Assembly (NCBI GenBank): GCA_964016885.1
Contig: OZ024745.1
Coordinates: 45,570,001 to 45,634,000, forward strand
DNA length: 64,000 bases
Reading direction: 5' to 3'
Source: Eledone cirrhosa
Taxonomy: Eukaryota
The notes under the pieces were generated by a model, which made no database searches, was not told where the DNA came from, and saw only the letters and a list, made by a program, of their open reading frames with translations. Positions 29,698 to 44,495 of this stretch are shown in pieces; position 1 is the first letter of the stretch; each line of letters begins with the position of its first letter. The position numbers and the translations under genes were made by a program.

Positions 29698-31621
29698 TTA
29701 TATATATACACGAGCTGTTATTCTGAAGTTTCTCTTGCGTTTTATAGGTTCCTCAGACAGTTGTGTTTATTTTATGTATATAGTTGGGTCTGAGTCTATA
29801 TGTGCTGTTTGCATGCATATTTCAAGGACACAGCTGAACTAAAATTATGAAAATGATTTATGGATTCGAATCACTATATATCAAAGGCACTCTACTGTTT
29901 TCTCCATCTCTGCCCAACAATATTTAGAAACTTTCAAATACTTTCATCGAACATATAAAATATACGTACTATTTTGATAGTTGACCAGGATTCTAGTTCT
30001 GATAATTACTTATTTGTTAATGTATTTTTTTATTTCATACTTATCTTTTATTCGCGGTCACGTATCTATTACCACGCTGTTGTAAATAAATATGAAAACA
30101 ATGTTTGATATGATAATGATTTATACTATAGGCACAAGGTCAGCAATTTTGGGGGAGGGGAAGTCGATCATACCGACCCTTGTATTTTAATGGTACTTTA
30201 TTTTATCGGCCTTAGAGGGACAAAATGCAAAATTGACCTAGGCAGGATTTGAATCCAGAATTTAATGTGGCGAAACAAATACCACAAAGTATATGTCCGA
30301 CGACTTGTAGACTTTGCCAAGCCACCGTCCTGAGTAACGTTATAATAAGAAACACTTCTAAACAAATGTTAAAATACATCCAGCTGTAGGTTTGTGGTTT
30401 TGTGTAAAGATAATTTGGGGCATTAAATGCCTTGATTCTAAGATACTTTAGCGCACGCAAGATAGTCGATAGCCATTAGGTTGTTACAGTTCAAATGATT
30501 CATTAGTTTTTGATTATTTGTTACTGTGTTTCTAGACACTTTACTTCGATGTCTCTCTCCTTGGTCTTACTCCGGGAAATTATCGATTTGTTAACGATAC
30601 AAAACTGCTTAGCTCACCACTTCAGATTATTAGTTGACAGATCGAACTGTTTTTCTTTTGTCAAATGCCAGTACTTGTATTTCATATGTTTTGCTTCCCA
30701 GTCGTTTATAACTGTTTTGTGAAAATATAACTATAGATAATACATACAAATACACATCCTTTATTCCTTATTTCATTATTATAATTGATATCATGCTTAC
30801 TTGTCAGATAAATATTGTAGATGTGTGATAATATTCTCGTAGGCCGGTTCCATGTCTATTTGGAATATTTACACGTATATGACAGACTGGTTAGAATTAC
30901 AAACAAGACTCCTTGTGATATTTAGCTTGGCTTTATTGAGTTCAACTTTACCTTGCATTCGTCAAATAAAGTACCGTCAAACTACTGGCGTCGATGTAAT
31001 TGATAACTTCCTCCTCCTCACAAAATATTTGGGCCTTGTGACTGTGTTGGCAGTGATTATTATTGTTCGATTAGCAGGTCCTAAAGCATCGGACATAATG
31101 TCTTACGTTATTTTATTACACATTCGGACAAGATCTTGCTTCTTGGAGATTTCAATCCACGTGTGGGAAAGGATGACTACATTTGGAGTGTTTTAGGACG
31201 TCGGAGTGTTGGCACGATGAATGCTAATGAGCTTCTCCATTTGCAATTATGCACTGAGTTTGAGTGAGTTGGTCGTGTGCAATACATTTCTTTTCGGCAT
31301 TTTGAACATCAAGTGGTCCTCTTACACACCTGATACTGCTGTTTTTGAAAAAGCAGGCAGAACCTGTATTAAGAAGAGGTTAATTATGAACTTGATGCGT
31401 TGGGCTGGTCACGCGGTCAAGATGGAAGGCTGCCTAAATAGACACAAGCCATTTCAAGTGCCATATCTGTGAACGTGCTTGCAAAACAACAGCTAGTCTG
31501 AAACGTCCCCTTCCTTGCACATGATCTTACAATGTTCAATGAAATAGCGATCAACATATTTGTATATATGTAAGTATGCATGTATGTATGTATATATGTA
31601 TATATGTATGTATGTATGTAT

Positions 31622-33118
31622 GTTCTGGTTTTATAATTTCACAAATGTTTTCCCAATAGAGAGAGAGCCGGTTTCTAACATAGACATAAGACTCTCTCAT
31701 TGGAATTTACACAACATCAACTAGGTAGATTATGATTGCATGCATGTATGTGTAGATATGGATGTTATTGTATGTGTGGATGTGTATGTTTTGAGTTGTA
31801 TATGTGCATGTGTATATGCTTTGTATCTGTACATGTGTATATGCAGTTATTAGATGCAACATTTTTGGAATGTTTTACATATTTTTACTGTTCCATTAAT
31901 GGATTGTACTTGTAATTTCATAGCTAGTTGTGTTCTCTCTGTTCCTGTGAAGCCTAGCTTCTCAAGATTTGTATTGAGGCAGTTACGCCTTGATTTGTAT
32001 ACGCTAGTGCCCCAATAATCATAGGCATAAATCTGAAGGTGTAATCAGGGTGGAGTATCTGCAAATTTCTCATCAGTTCTGTATAAATATTCTCCTTTTC
32101 GCTAATCTTTGATATTATATTGGCATCTTCTGGGCAGCTAATTTCCACTACTGTGCATGCTTTCTTCTCCCTATTCCATATCATAATATCTGGTCTGTTA
32201 TGCCTGCATTTTATTGGGGTTTTTACTGGAACATTCCACCAGGACTCTTTCATATTATGTACGTGGATGTCTTCCACATTGCTGTAGGTTTTAATGTGTT
32301 TATTATCGGGGCTATCCTTTTTACGGTAAATAATAGGTAAATAATACCGCAATGACATCTTTGGACAGCTGCTGATGACATGGGTGATATCCTCGATGTT
32401 AGTTCTGCAGAGTCTGCACTTGTTATCACATCTAGGTGTTTTGCCTGCATCCCTATCTCTTTTATAAATCAGGTATTTCGTGTTAATCTGTTCTTGGATT
32501 GCAAAATCGTATCCTTCAAAGTGGGAGCAAATATAGGGGTTGTTGGTCCAAGATAGACTACTTTCCTTATCTATATTACTCTCACTCTGGAGCTTCCTGG
32601 CAACATATCCATGCATGATTTTTTGCTGATAAGCATGCAGTTTTTCATCCATGGATTCACTGCAATACTGCTGAGCGACTTCCCTGGGTGTGAGTTTTTG
32701 ATTATCACACAGGGAATATCTCTCAAGGAATTCCTTCCGACTTTCATAATTTTATCTGTTTCATGCAGATAGACTTGCTCGAGAGACAGGCTCCTACCCT
32801 TCGAGGTTCGTAGATGTTGTCGGAGGGATATGAGGCGACATTCAAATGCTGTCTGGACTGATGTTAGGCCTCTGCCTCCCTGCTTACGTTTCAAGTAAAG
32901 GCGGTCTATGTCACTGTTGATGTGGAAGTTTCCGGTGTTGTTCAGTATTTTTCGAGTTCCAACATCAACTGCTCAGATTTCGTCTATCGTCCAATTGAGT
33001 ATTCCAAACGTTGGTGTTTGGACAGGTATAGCAAACACGTTTGTGAGTCACTGTTTTGTTTTGCGCAGTGAGTTCCGATGACCAAATCTTTCTTAATCGG
33101 GTGTAATATTTCCTGGTT
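31622..33118 (-). mobile_element. 5'-truncated non-LTR retrotransposon with restriction-like endonuclease (R4/Dong/NeSL-type)
   Basis: KRKQGGRGL, CRLC...HVISSCP zinc knuckle, RPDIMIW...VVEISCP (PD..D/E); (TATG)n on both flanks. Confidence 0.85.
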
Positions 33119-33433
33119 ACGCGTGTATGTATGTATGTATGTATGTATGTATGTATGTATGTATGTATGTATGTATGTATGTATGTATGTATGCGTTCGC
33201 ATGAATGTGACCGTAAGTGTACAGGTATTCAGGTCATAGACGATGAAATACAAAACAGTTTATATAATTGTACAACGCCTAAATTATAGGGAGTTAATCC
33301 AGATCCGAATGTTGTATATTCGTATAGTGAAGTTTCACGAAATTCACTAAGTCACGCATCTTCAGTTTTGAGGATGAATATTTGCTGATTACTTCATGTA
33401 AGTGTCTCAAAGTATTTCATTATTTTATTACAG

Positions 33434-33530
33434 GTGACAGTCCATATCCTGGAATTTCCTCTGACCGAATTCTATCCTTATTGAAAACAGGTTACAGGAT
33501 GGATAAACCTGATAATTGTCCAGATGAAAT
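33434..33530 (+). CDS. ret: RET-like RTK exon (subdomain X)
   Basis: tacAG|GT GAC...GAA AT|GTaatc; 97 nt; (G)[31 protein letters not shown](M); LLKTGxRM resembles RET; phases match both neighbours. Confidence 0.9.
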
Positions 33531-33888
33531 GTAATCTATTTCTAATTTGCTATGTATTTATTGCTGTTGTTCTTATCGATGTAGAATCTCGATAATATGA
33601 CGAAATACGGGTTGGTGGCGAGATGAAAGATGCATGCAAGCTATATTAAACATTATTGTATATAGATTATTTCAGAAAATGCACGCAGATCAGTTTTGAT
33701 ATGCAAAAATATAAAATATGGATGACGTTAAAAATACATTAAAATTTATAGAAAAAATATCGATGTTGTGACACAGTTTGAACTCCGTGAATATTAAAAA
33801 AATATAAAATGCTAATTGTTGATGATCAAACAAAATAATTAATATTGGTGTGTTTCAAATGTTCGTGAAAATGTTAGAAGTCTCTCCC

Positions 33889-33967
<79 letters not shown>

Positions 33968-34013
33968 GTTGTAATTCTTTCATTATCTACATGTCTTTTT
34001 TAATCTATTTTAG

Positions 34014-34113
34014 GTACGCTATAATGCAAAAATGCTGGAAAACAGAACCCGAAGAAAGACCATCATTTCACGATTTGGCCAATATTTTTGATAAAATTTT
34101 ACAAGAAAGAACG
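34014..34113 (+). CDS. ret: RET-like RTK exon (subdomain XI)
   Basis: ttttAG|G TAC...ACG|GTaaaa; 100 nt; YAIMQKCWKTEPEERPSFHDLANIFDKILQERT. Confidence 0.9.
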
Positions 34114-35061
34114 GTAAAAATAATAATTAGTATTCATCAAAAGAGCAATAATTTCAGTAAAAGAGAAATCAGACGAATCGATACAGAAACAAACAAACAT
34201 CCTTTCCAGCTACATACACACACGTATACTTTCAAAAGCACACAGGTATTATACGCTCACACACACACACATATATATATATATACACACATACACATAT
34301 GCATGAAATCATTGGGATAAACATAGCCGTGAACTAAATTTGAGTAGGTACATTTTTCTAGTCACAGAAAGAAAAAACCATAGGGCTGAAGCCAGTGTAT
34401 CTGCTTTCTACTGTGGCTATTGAAATACATACATTGGTAGATTAAGATTACATCCATATTTATTGTGGGTCCTGCAATAGTTCTAGTATTTAATTACTGC
34501 TGCATTGTTAAGCATATTAAAGGAGAGCAATTCAGGTTTATCTAAATGTTTGCATAATGCTATAGATATGAGCTACTAATTACTCTGCTATCAGGAAAAT
34601 AAAGAAACGGTGTATAACGGTGTAACTAGTTATATGGATAAACATGGGTTCCAACCATAGTATCTACTTTACACAGTGAGGAGAGAAATATTTTTTACGA
34701 AAAACAATTCCCTTCTGTGAGTATATCTGTCTATTTATCTATCGATTATCAACAGCGGCGACATTTGGAAAATTTTGTAAATCGCCCACGGCTTTTTACG
34801 ATACTACACGAACTGGCGATGCCTTTCTGAAAAATTCGGAAAAAATCGAATCCGAACTATGGAATTCGTTATGATGTAAAATTAATAGCGAGACGTCTCG
34901 AACTCGCGAAGGGGAGCCAACATAGTATAGAAGTAAACAAATATTTTGCAAATTTATTAGTGAGAGAATTCAATAAGAATGAAAAATATCAAACACATAC
35001 ATACACGCAGACATATGTACATGTATATATATATACATATATTATATATATAAACATATAT

Positions 35062-35610
<549 letters not shown>

Positions 35611-35795
35611 ATATATATATATATATACACACACACACATTAGTAGTGTTGCTCTGAAATAGCGACGCATACATGAATGTATGTATAGTATATTTGGCAA
35701 TATGTTTAATTAAAAACATTTAGAAGACCATTCGCTATGAGTTTTAAAGTAGTGACTATGTCACTTACTTATTCTCGGCAAAGGCAACTGAGTGT

Positions 35796-35845
35796 GTGTT
35801 CTTGATAAACGCTCACAGGCGTGAAACAGACTGTCTGTCGACCGC
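35796..35845 (+). ncRNA. Hammerhead with U3-A8 covariant core
   Basis: GTGTTC-TTGATAA-ACGC tcacag GCGT-GAAA-CAGAC t GTCTG-TC^GACCGC, inside a mini fold-back 35766-35873. Confidence 0.65.
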
Positions 35846-35936
35846 TCTCTGTTGTTTTTGCCGAGAATAAGTATATATAATATATATATAAATATACATA
35901 TATATGTATGTATATATATATGTGTGTGTGCGTGTG

Positions 35937-35967
<31 letters not shown>

Positions 35968-35968
35968 T

Positions 35969-36574
35969 GTCAGGTCACCAGTTGGTGCTACTGGTAACAT
36001 GTATCCCAGTACAACCTGTCTCATGGTCGGGTCGTTGGCGACTAAACTGGCAACCCCACCAAGGTTGCTTGGTGAGGAGGGTGACTTTGGACATCCTGCA
36101 GGACTAAAAACAAAACCTGTCAAAGGGCAAAGGAGCTCTTAAGAGTCAATGGCCATCCAAAATCACCGGGAGAGATGACCCCTTAGCCTTTGTCAAGGCA
36201 GAATTCTAGGAGAAGGAAAACTCTGATATAACACCTGCAACTCTGATGGTATCCAATGATGTTGACTTGTTCTTCTTTTTGGTAAATATCATCTTGGTTA
36301 ACAGAGTGGGACTGGCTTTGTGCAGTGGCTTTGCTCACTATAAAAGCTTCACGGCACAGGCATTGCTTTATATCTGGAGATCTCTCTGCACTTGTCGTGA
36401 CATGGTACCATGGGCCCAGCACTATGTGTCAATAATTGTCACAAGTGTAGTGTTTGTACCCGAGTTTTCAAGTCGCTGGCTGGACTGAAAAGTCACACTC
36501 GTTTAGCGCATCAGTAGGGGTTCTCCTACATGGATATAAAGTAGTGGCCGTACTCGAAAACGAGTTGGCAGCCA

Positions 36575-36576
<2 letters not shown>
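35969..36576 (+). mobile_element. Internally deleted RTE derivative (5' UTR-like segment joined to ORF C-terminus and 3' end)
   Basis: 3' part encodes CSVCTRVFKSLAGLKSHTRLAH* (C2H2 finger), then a hairpin (CTCG aaaa CGAG) and (TA)n. Confidence 0.6.
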
Positions 36577-36623
<47 letters not shown>

Positions 36624-36644
36624 TACCTATTTTGTTTGCAATAG

Positions 36645-36711
36645 GGCTACCTTGATCTTGAAGGCTCCAGAGGAAAATCTAATTCCGTGGAAAGTGCCAT
36701 AAATACGGGAG
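36645..36711 (+). CDS. ret: RET-like RTK exon (C-tail, YLDL motif)
   Basis: aatAG|GGC TAC CTT GAT CTT...GGA G|GTaagg; 67 nt; GYLDLEGSRGKSNSVESAINTG; phase 0 in, phase 1 out. Confidence 0.85.
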
Positions 36712-37974
36712 GTAAGGAAATGAGTTTAATTTTTCATTTCTAAATACCCTATTAAAAATATTTAATGGTGTAGATTTTAAAATTTAAATCATGAGATTAT
36801 AATGCAATGTAAACGTGTATTATCGTAAAATATGAATATTTGAAAATTAAGTTATCATACACTCTTTTACAGTCAACTCTATTACAGTTTTGTGGTATGA
36901 AATAAATTAAATTTAAATCGTTTTCTGAATAAGATGGCGGTTTACTTCAGTTCACAATTCACATTGATATGAATCTATTGTTGAAAAGAATTCATTTGTA
37001 TTTCAATATTGTTTATAGTTAATTTAAGTATCCACTATTACGTATTCCCAAATAAGAACCTTGCAACATTCCATCACAAATGGATATCTCAAACAAGAAT
37101 CATATAGACATATCCCGGAATGTTTTGACTGGCTTAAACCGATTTGAACCAGAAAAATATTAGAAGTAAGTTTTATGGATCATCTCATTTAGTGACTTAC
37201 AATATGAATCAAAGAGATTATCTAAGCAAGTAGTAAACAAAATTCATGTATGGATGGTTCAAACCTAAAAGCAAACGGCGGGGTAGATAACTACAATAGA
37301 ATCTTATTAATTTATTGGAATAGATTTAATTGGTGAGTTCTAATGTGATCAATACATTGTTGTAAGTGTATTCCACAACAGCATCAATGAACAACGTTAT
37401 CTCCCTTGCAAGCTACATTTAAACTTGAAAGACCCAGATGAAATTTTCTATGTACTAATTATTGTATAATTTCTAATGAGTGATGTCTTCCAACAAACTA
37501 TATCACATAAATGAAAGCTCAATATATTTTTATTTAGTACTCTAAAAGCTCCAGTGTGGTAGATTTTCTCAGTCGCATTTAGAAGTGAATATATTTGTTA
37601 AAAATAAAACGATTTGCAGCATTTAATGCGCAAACAATTTGTTAGGATAAGTAATCCTAGCCTCTTAAGACAATCTACAACACCCACCTGAACGTAATAC
37701 GTCAAAGGGAGGCAATTCTTTATTATTTTATACGGAATTATGAAAGCTAAACAATTTTTTTTTTAAATTCAATGTTTGACTAAATTTTGATTTTATAGCA
37801 ATTGATACACGAGGCATATAAACAGAACAAGTGAAGCGATCTGAAAATTATTATTTTTTTATAAAACAAATACCAAATGAGAAATAAGTTGACTGTACAA
37901 GCACTCTAGTTGAACATGTAAATATGTCATTACCATTATAATCCACATGATATTAAAACATTTCCTTCTTTCAG

Positions 37975-38219
37975 TTTCAGAGGAGACGGGAGACATGCGC
38001 CCAGCTGCTGTCGTCCAAAATAGTTTATATTTTCAGCAAAAGACTGCTCGGTTATCTGCCCCTGAAATTTCCGAGCAGCCATTGCTGTGTCGTGCAAGCC
38101 TAGAAAATGGGAAAGTGCGCCATAGCATGTGTCACCTGCAAGACTTATCTTTCGACGAATTCCAGAAGGATGGAGATTTATTTGATCATCCGCCACAATG
38201 TGTCTATAATATTTACTAA
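37975..38219 (+). CDS. ret: RET-like RTK terminal coding exon
   Basis: Polypyrimidine tract + cAG, phase 1; (V)SEETGDMRPAAVVQNSLYFQQK...VYNIY* with NSLY (NxxY) motif; alternative in-frame acceptor at 37981. Confidence 0.75.
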
Positions 38220-38345
38220 AGAAGTACTCCTGAATATAATGAAATGATGTAATTATATAAAGCTATCGCGCATAACATCCTCACTCCTCGACACACTCAT
38301 AAAACGCTCAGATGCATACACATACAAATACGGATATATACATAT

Positions 38346-38421
<76 letters not shown>

Positions 38422-38536
38422 CACACATATATGTATGTATTTATATATGTAAATATCTATATTTGAATGCATATATATGTATATATATATATATGTGTGT
38501 GTATATATGCATATATATATGTGTGTGTATAGATGA

Positions 38537-38581
<45 letters not shown>

Positions 38582-39253
38582 CGTATATGTGTGTGTGATT
38601 TCAGATGATTTGACACAGAATATTGGGACTTGAGCACAAAATGAACAGGCTGCGTCAGTAGTACAGGGATTTGCGTAATGGATTAAAAAGGCATAAATCT
38701 CGAAGGCAAACTGCTGTTTATTAATCAACGAAATTCCTTTAATGATTTATGTCTGTCAATTATCATGTTTCTGTCTGTATCAGTTTCAATTTCATGCGAA
38801 CGTCACAACAATCACAGATTATCTTAGTACTATATACTTTCTGCTGACACAATCATTCCTAACAATAAAACACAAGTCTCTACTAACAAAAAGAAAATAG
38901 ACCACACTCAACCCAATTACCTAGGGAAATAAAGTTAAAAATGAATACACACCAAAAAAAAAACCTTCGAACCAGAGACCTTTCGACGGAATATGTGTTA
39001 TTAAAAAAAAATTCCTCAATGATCCTCCCAACAAAATCTCGAACATACCTTTATTGGACAGTAATACATTAAAGGTTGTATTTTTTTTATTGAATAAGAA
39101 TACTATTAGTATAAAAATTCTGATGTGAAAATATGTACGTAATATTAAAAAGCAAGATATCTTAATGAAAATTTAAGCACATTTTAAACGCGAAGAGAGA
39201 AGTATTAGTAGCTATCTCTATATGTATAGAATAGAATTAAGCTATTATAGAGA

Positions 39254-41017
39254 TTAACGGGATGATAAGATGTCTAGACGAAGTCACAGAATTCCTGTTT
39301 TCCCCACATCATCAGGTATAAAACGCAATGCACTTCATCGGTTAGGTTCCTATGGCCAAACCAACCGAGGAGATTCAAGCACTCAATGATTGGATTGCGT
39401 CACTGTAGAATCGTACAATATAAATGGAAATGTCCAGGGTGAAGTTTGGATTGTTAGAATGTCCTCCACAACTTATTGCAAACAGCAACAACACCATTTG
39501 AGGTGATATTGTTTAACAGCGGCTAGAATAGGGTGCACACATGCATACGTACACGTTCAGACAAACATCTCCGTACATATTGATATTGTCATACATCCCT
39601 GGGGCCACTATGTCTAGTCGATAAGATACTAAAAGTAAGATAAACTCTATTATGTGATATGACTGGCAGTAGGATAGACTAACTTACATTGAATTAAAAT
39701 AAGGTCAAAATCAATAGACTAAATTAGAATAAAATGAAATAAAATAAATTGGGATAATACGAAAGCTAAATAAAAATGCACATAGTGTAAATTAAATTAA
39801 GATAACGAACAATAAATTAAAGAACAGAAAAGTAATTAATAATAAGTAAAGAAATACATAAGAGATATATCGAATATGGAAATAGGGAGAGAGAATTAAT
39901 GTAGTCGGAAGGTAAAAATGGAAGATAAAAATAAAAAAAGGATAAAGATCATATAGGCATAAAGAATTCATAAGCATGAAGACAAAGGGTTTGAGAATCT
40001 TATATTTCCATCATTCTTCCCTGTCAACATGTGGTAATGGTAGTAGTGGAGTGTGGGAGACGGAGGCAGTGACAGCAGGAGTTTGGTTCCATTCTGTTTG
40101 GACCTGGTGTATACGTGTATATTTATTTACCTCACCACATTGATGCTTATAGTTTTTGTAAGTACACAGAGAAAAGCTCCTTTACCATCCTCCGGGGTAA
40201 CGCCTTTTCCATTCTGTCCGCTGGGGCTGTGGCGAGGCCAGCTCGTGATACCCCATTTGCTCACCAGGGGAGGGCGAGAGAGATGGAGGCGATGACAGTG
40301 GGAGTTCGGCTCTTCCACGTTCGGACCATATCCTTGTGGTTGTGTTTATTATCTTTATTAACGTTATTCTTTAAAGTAACAAGTTTCTCTTCCCATACCT
40401 ACTAGATACTTCACCCCTATCACTAGGTGCCGATAAAAGTGATCGGGGTGGGGGAAATAACGGTAAAACAGATGTTGGATAAAGGATGTAACTTAAAATG
40501 ATATCATTTAATGCATTTAGAGTTTAACGACAATAGAATCTAGCAAATCTAGAGCTTAACAGGATTATTAAATGTCTAGGCAAAGGCACAGAAGACCTGT
40601 AATCCTCCACATTAGATTGATATCACAATGCAGCTTCCACTGGCCAAACCATCCGAAATTCAAGCAATGAGCGGATTGCGTCAGAGTGGAATGTTGCGAT
40701 ATAAATGGGTCTGATCAAGGTAACGTTTGGATTGTCCGAAAGTCCTCCACATCTCTGGGGCCACTATGTCTCACCGATAAAATTCTAAAGGTAAAAGATA
40801 AAATCTAATATGTGATGAGGACGTTAGTAAGATGGACTAACTGAAGGAAAATTAAAATGAGATCAAAATTGTAAATTCAAAGATTAAAATAGGTTAAAAC
40901 GAAATAAAAAAATAATAAATTAACATAAATGGGGATGAAAAGAAAAGTAAATAAATAAAAATGTATATACAAAAATTAAATTAAGATAAAATTCAATAAA
41001 ATAAAAAAGTAACTAAC
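39254..41017. repeat. Diverged direct repeat pair (39254-~39840 and 40556-41017)
   Basis: Collinear shared blocks: tggccaaacca, ggattgcgtca, tttggattgt, gtcctccaca, ctggggccactatgtct. Confidence 0.75.
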
Positions 41018-41027
41018 ATATATTTAT

Positions 41028-41085
<58 letters not shown>

Positions 41086-41176
41086 ATAATAAATGTGAAG
41101 ACTGAAAGCAGTGATTCTTTGCTTAAAATTTAATCTGTTCTTATAATAAATATATATGTATATATATTTATATATA

Positions 41177-41250
<74 letters not shown>

Positions 41251-41568
41251 CGTGGGTGGGTGTATGTGGACGTATGCCGGCGTTTCATACCTGAAAATGA
41301 GTACCTCTATATACAAGTATATATATGTGTGTGTGTGCGCAAAAAATAAATGGAAGCAACAAAGCAACTAATACAGTACAATGATTAAATATATAAATAT
41401 AATTAATTTTTTTTGTTTAAAAAATGAAATGAACCGGTACCAACCTGAAGAAGGAAGGGAATATAGAAGTCGAGGCTAAATATTTTATTAGACAGAAATA
41501 CCAGCTAAATTACAGTCCAACTTGGATTTTCTGTCTAATGAAATATGCACACGCACACACGCACACGC

Positions 41569-41727
<159 letters not shown>

Positions 41728-43068
41728 AAATTTATAGTAATATAAATGTATTTGTGGACGTATTTAAACTCTTATAAAATGAAAGCGGAAAAGCTAGCAA
41801 TGCATTCAACTTGTGCACTTATTCCTAAATATGTATACAAGCAGCTTCTGAAAAAAACTGCATCATTGTATACATGTTGATATATTGATATATAGTTTGT
41901 GATGACATGTTTCTTTGTGTTTATAAGTTTGCATGTATATATATTTTATTTCGAGAAATGATTAAATCCATGTATATGTCCAAGTTAAACCGTCTACGTA
42001 TATTAAGTTATGTCTTTCACGAATAGGTTATAAGCTTTATATTATTTATAAGTTAAATTATACGTGTGCGTATTGTATTAGAGATCTTTCAGCAGTATTG
42101 ATGGTGTGAGCAAACTGAATATTCTATAGGCAGGAAGAAAAACCACAGTTTCAATTTTCTACGAACGTTTATTAACATATTTACTATTACGGCAATAACA
42201 AAAACAACAATAACTGTTTCTAACAGATACATGAAACTTGAATGGACGTGGTTTGTCGATTAAATTGACCCGTACTCACTGGTAATTTATTTTATCGACC
42301 GCGGATGGATAAAATATAAAGTCCTCCTTGATGGGATTTGAAGTAAGAATGTATTATACATTAAGACGAAAATATGGAAATATTTAGTATCTTAAATTTT
42401 ATTTCATCACATTGGCATTTTTTCTTCAGTTTAAAGCAGCACATTTAAATTATAATGCATCTATTATTGCTAATATATGTAATTAAAAGATATTACTTCG
42501 CTATTTGCAGATCAATTGTTCTGTATTGCACTTAACAATATGTCTGAACTGTAGATATTAGAAAGACGAGATTCTGTAAATATTTATACGATACTTTTCA
42601 GTCGACATTAGTTGCGTGAGATAGATGCTACTCTATTGATTTAAATTATTTAGGAATCTTACATTAAACAGCTTCATAATTACTATTAATGTTGAATGTA
42701 ATAACATAATGGTTTATAAGTACCTCAATTGAGTATTTTATACACTAACAAAATAAATTGTAAAATTGCCCCCCAAAAATGATCAGCACTAAGATAGTGG
42801 GTAACTTGATACATGATTATCCACCACTTTACATCCGTCTGAAGTTGTGTATAGTACATTGATCGTGTATTCCAGGCGTTGTGTATTGTGTTATTCCATG
42901 CCATGACCTTGATAAACTTGTGACATTTTTTTTTTTTGGTACGTTATAGTTTAATATTGTTTATTACCTTGGGTACATACTGTTCGTTCATAATAAAATA
43001 TGTGTAAGTTATTTCCATGTTTAATCGGACCATTGTGTAATGTTTCAAATCACACTTTCACACACACC

Positions 43069-43185
<117 letters not shown>

Positions 43186-43195
43186 TCATATATAT

Positions 43196-43251
<56 letters not shown>

Positions 43252-43975
43252 GTGTTTTGTGTTTAAGTATATATATTTATAAATTACATGCAGCTAGTCT
43301 CCATTGATATTTTCTTTTAAAGAATCACCATTCTTTTGGTAATACATATGTTGTTGATTTCAACTGTGTAGAATTTTTCATTTGAACCGTAATACATGTG
43401 TCAATGAATGGAATTTGCGAAGATACTACTACGAAGGAATTGTAACTGAATATTGAATGGGAAGATTGATAACACTGTAAACATAGCATTGGTTGAGAAG
43501 CTCTAACATAACATACTTGTTCTGTTTGACGCCACAATGACTAACTGAATTTTTGATTTAGGGATCTCAAAACTGAAAATTTCTTCTGTGTGTTCTGGGA
43601 TATAGATATATTTTCAAGATATTTCTTCATCAGACACTTGAAAGAAATCTTAATGTCTGTCACTGTGTGTACATATATATTCTACTGAAGATCATCTACC
43701 AGCGGAGAGCCTCTGCAGAGGTTTATGACAGATTATGATGGCTTTCTTTTTGCTATTTATCAATCGCGCCAATCACGAGAATATATATGCATCATAAATA
43801 GCTTTGTTTACTATTCCAAATATACGCACATACAAATATAATCGAGGTGCTCCTGTTGCAACGGCTAAATTATGCATAATAGAAATATCAATTTATCAAT
43901 ATTTCTAAGAACAAATATTCAAATGTCATATCATATATATATATATATATATATATACAACTTATATAATGGGTG

Positions 43976-44010
<35 letters not shown>

Positions 44011-44431
44011 TTCTTGTATATGTGTGTATCTGTGTGTATACTCATATTTTTATATGTGTTCTTTCGTATGCTTGCATTCATATCTGCAAGCATACAATGT
44101 TATGATGGAAAATAAACTTCTGTTCACAGCGGCCTAAATATCTCTGCTCATATTTATTTATCTACAAACCTGCTTCCTACAAATAGATTACAATAATTGA
44201 CAACCTGGTAACCTATGTGTGACGTTAACCCACGTCTGCAATAATATTTAAAAGAAAAAAAAAAACAATTAAGAAAATGAAAATGTGAAGAACTGAAGGA
44301 ACAATTCAAATAAAAACAACACATTCACTAACACATTCAAAGACGCACAAAAACAAAACAAACACCAATACACCAAAAACATATGAACCGAATTCTTATC
44401 TGAAAAAAACAAAAACAGATTATGATAAGAA

Positions 44432-44495
<64 letters not shown>

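Noticed and set aside
41440-41510. CTGAAGAAGG followed later by GAAA
   Set aside because: No helix II or III pairing; similar failures at 17743, 22472, 39308, 43628 and 43685.
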